The translations under genes and the position numbers were made by a program. Under the pieces are notes generated by a model. The model did not search any database. It was given only the letters and a program-made list of their open reading frames with translations, and was not told the origin of the DNA. A stretch of 64,000 nt of DNA, taken from Priapulus caudatus. Lineage: Eukaryota. Shown here one piece after another: positions 63,724 to 64,000 of the stretch. How positions within the stretch are numbered: the first letter of the stretch is position 1; every line of letters starts with the position of its first letter. The stretch covers positions 948,822-1,012,821 of the forward strand of contig NW_014577063.1 in NCBI RefSeq assembly GCF_000485595.1. The letters are read 5' to 3'.

Positions 63724-64000
63724 TCTCTCTCTCTCTATCCCTATATGCCGTACTCGTAATGTAGGCGTCTCCATCGCCACCGTCGCACTGTTCGCATAGT
63801 GGCAGAAGATAAACGCAAAAACCCCGATCGGGGGATGACACCATGGACGTGATAATTGTGTTTGAGAAGCAATTCGCGCGCACACATCTAGCAAATACGT
63901 TAGCGGGTTAAATGCGCGAGGTCGCGACTTATATTCAGAAAACGACATTACTCGCACTTGATTTGCGTAAAATATTTCCGCCGGTCCGGTCTTCAAACTG

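Overview
This is a repeat-rich genomic window from an invertebrate animal, not a prokaryote. It has spliceosomal GT-AG introns, many microsatellites, five N gaps and several error-rich stretches that look like uncorrected long-read gap fill. Genes read directly from the sequence: (1) a + strand class C orphan GPCR of the GPR158/GPR179/CG31760 type, exons 5196-18642, with the N-terminus and TM1 not found and the EGF-like exon apparently frameshifted; (2) a complete 8-exon synaptotagmin-like gene on the - strand (37472-31535, 434 aa, TM-C2A-C2B); (3) a 3-exon secreted Tyr/Gly/Asn/Arg-rich orphan gene (43061-41371, 250 aa); (4) a second secreted Pro/Tyr/Gly-rich orphan gene (56635-48931, middle exons uncertain); (5) a possible terminal exon at 62080-61902. 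Mobile DNA includes an internally deleted Helitron, a tRNA-derived SINE and many MITEs. Most notable observations: a type I hammerhead ribozyme in each arm of a ~700-bp fold-back element (Penelope-like; one copy intact, one mutated); about a dozen 24-112 bp CARGAG...CTCYTG mini-palindromes with 7-8 bp target duplications that resemble P-superfamily excision footprints, alongside a parent MITE; and repeated tandem amplification of exon-intron junctions, including a ~58-copy 37-bp satellite that contains the GPCR terminal splice acceptor. All calls come from reading the sequence by eye; no database searches were run.
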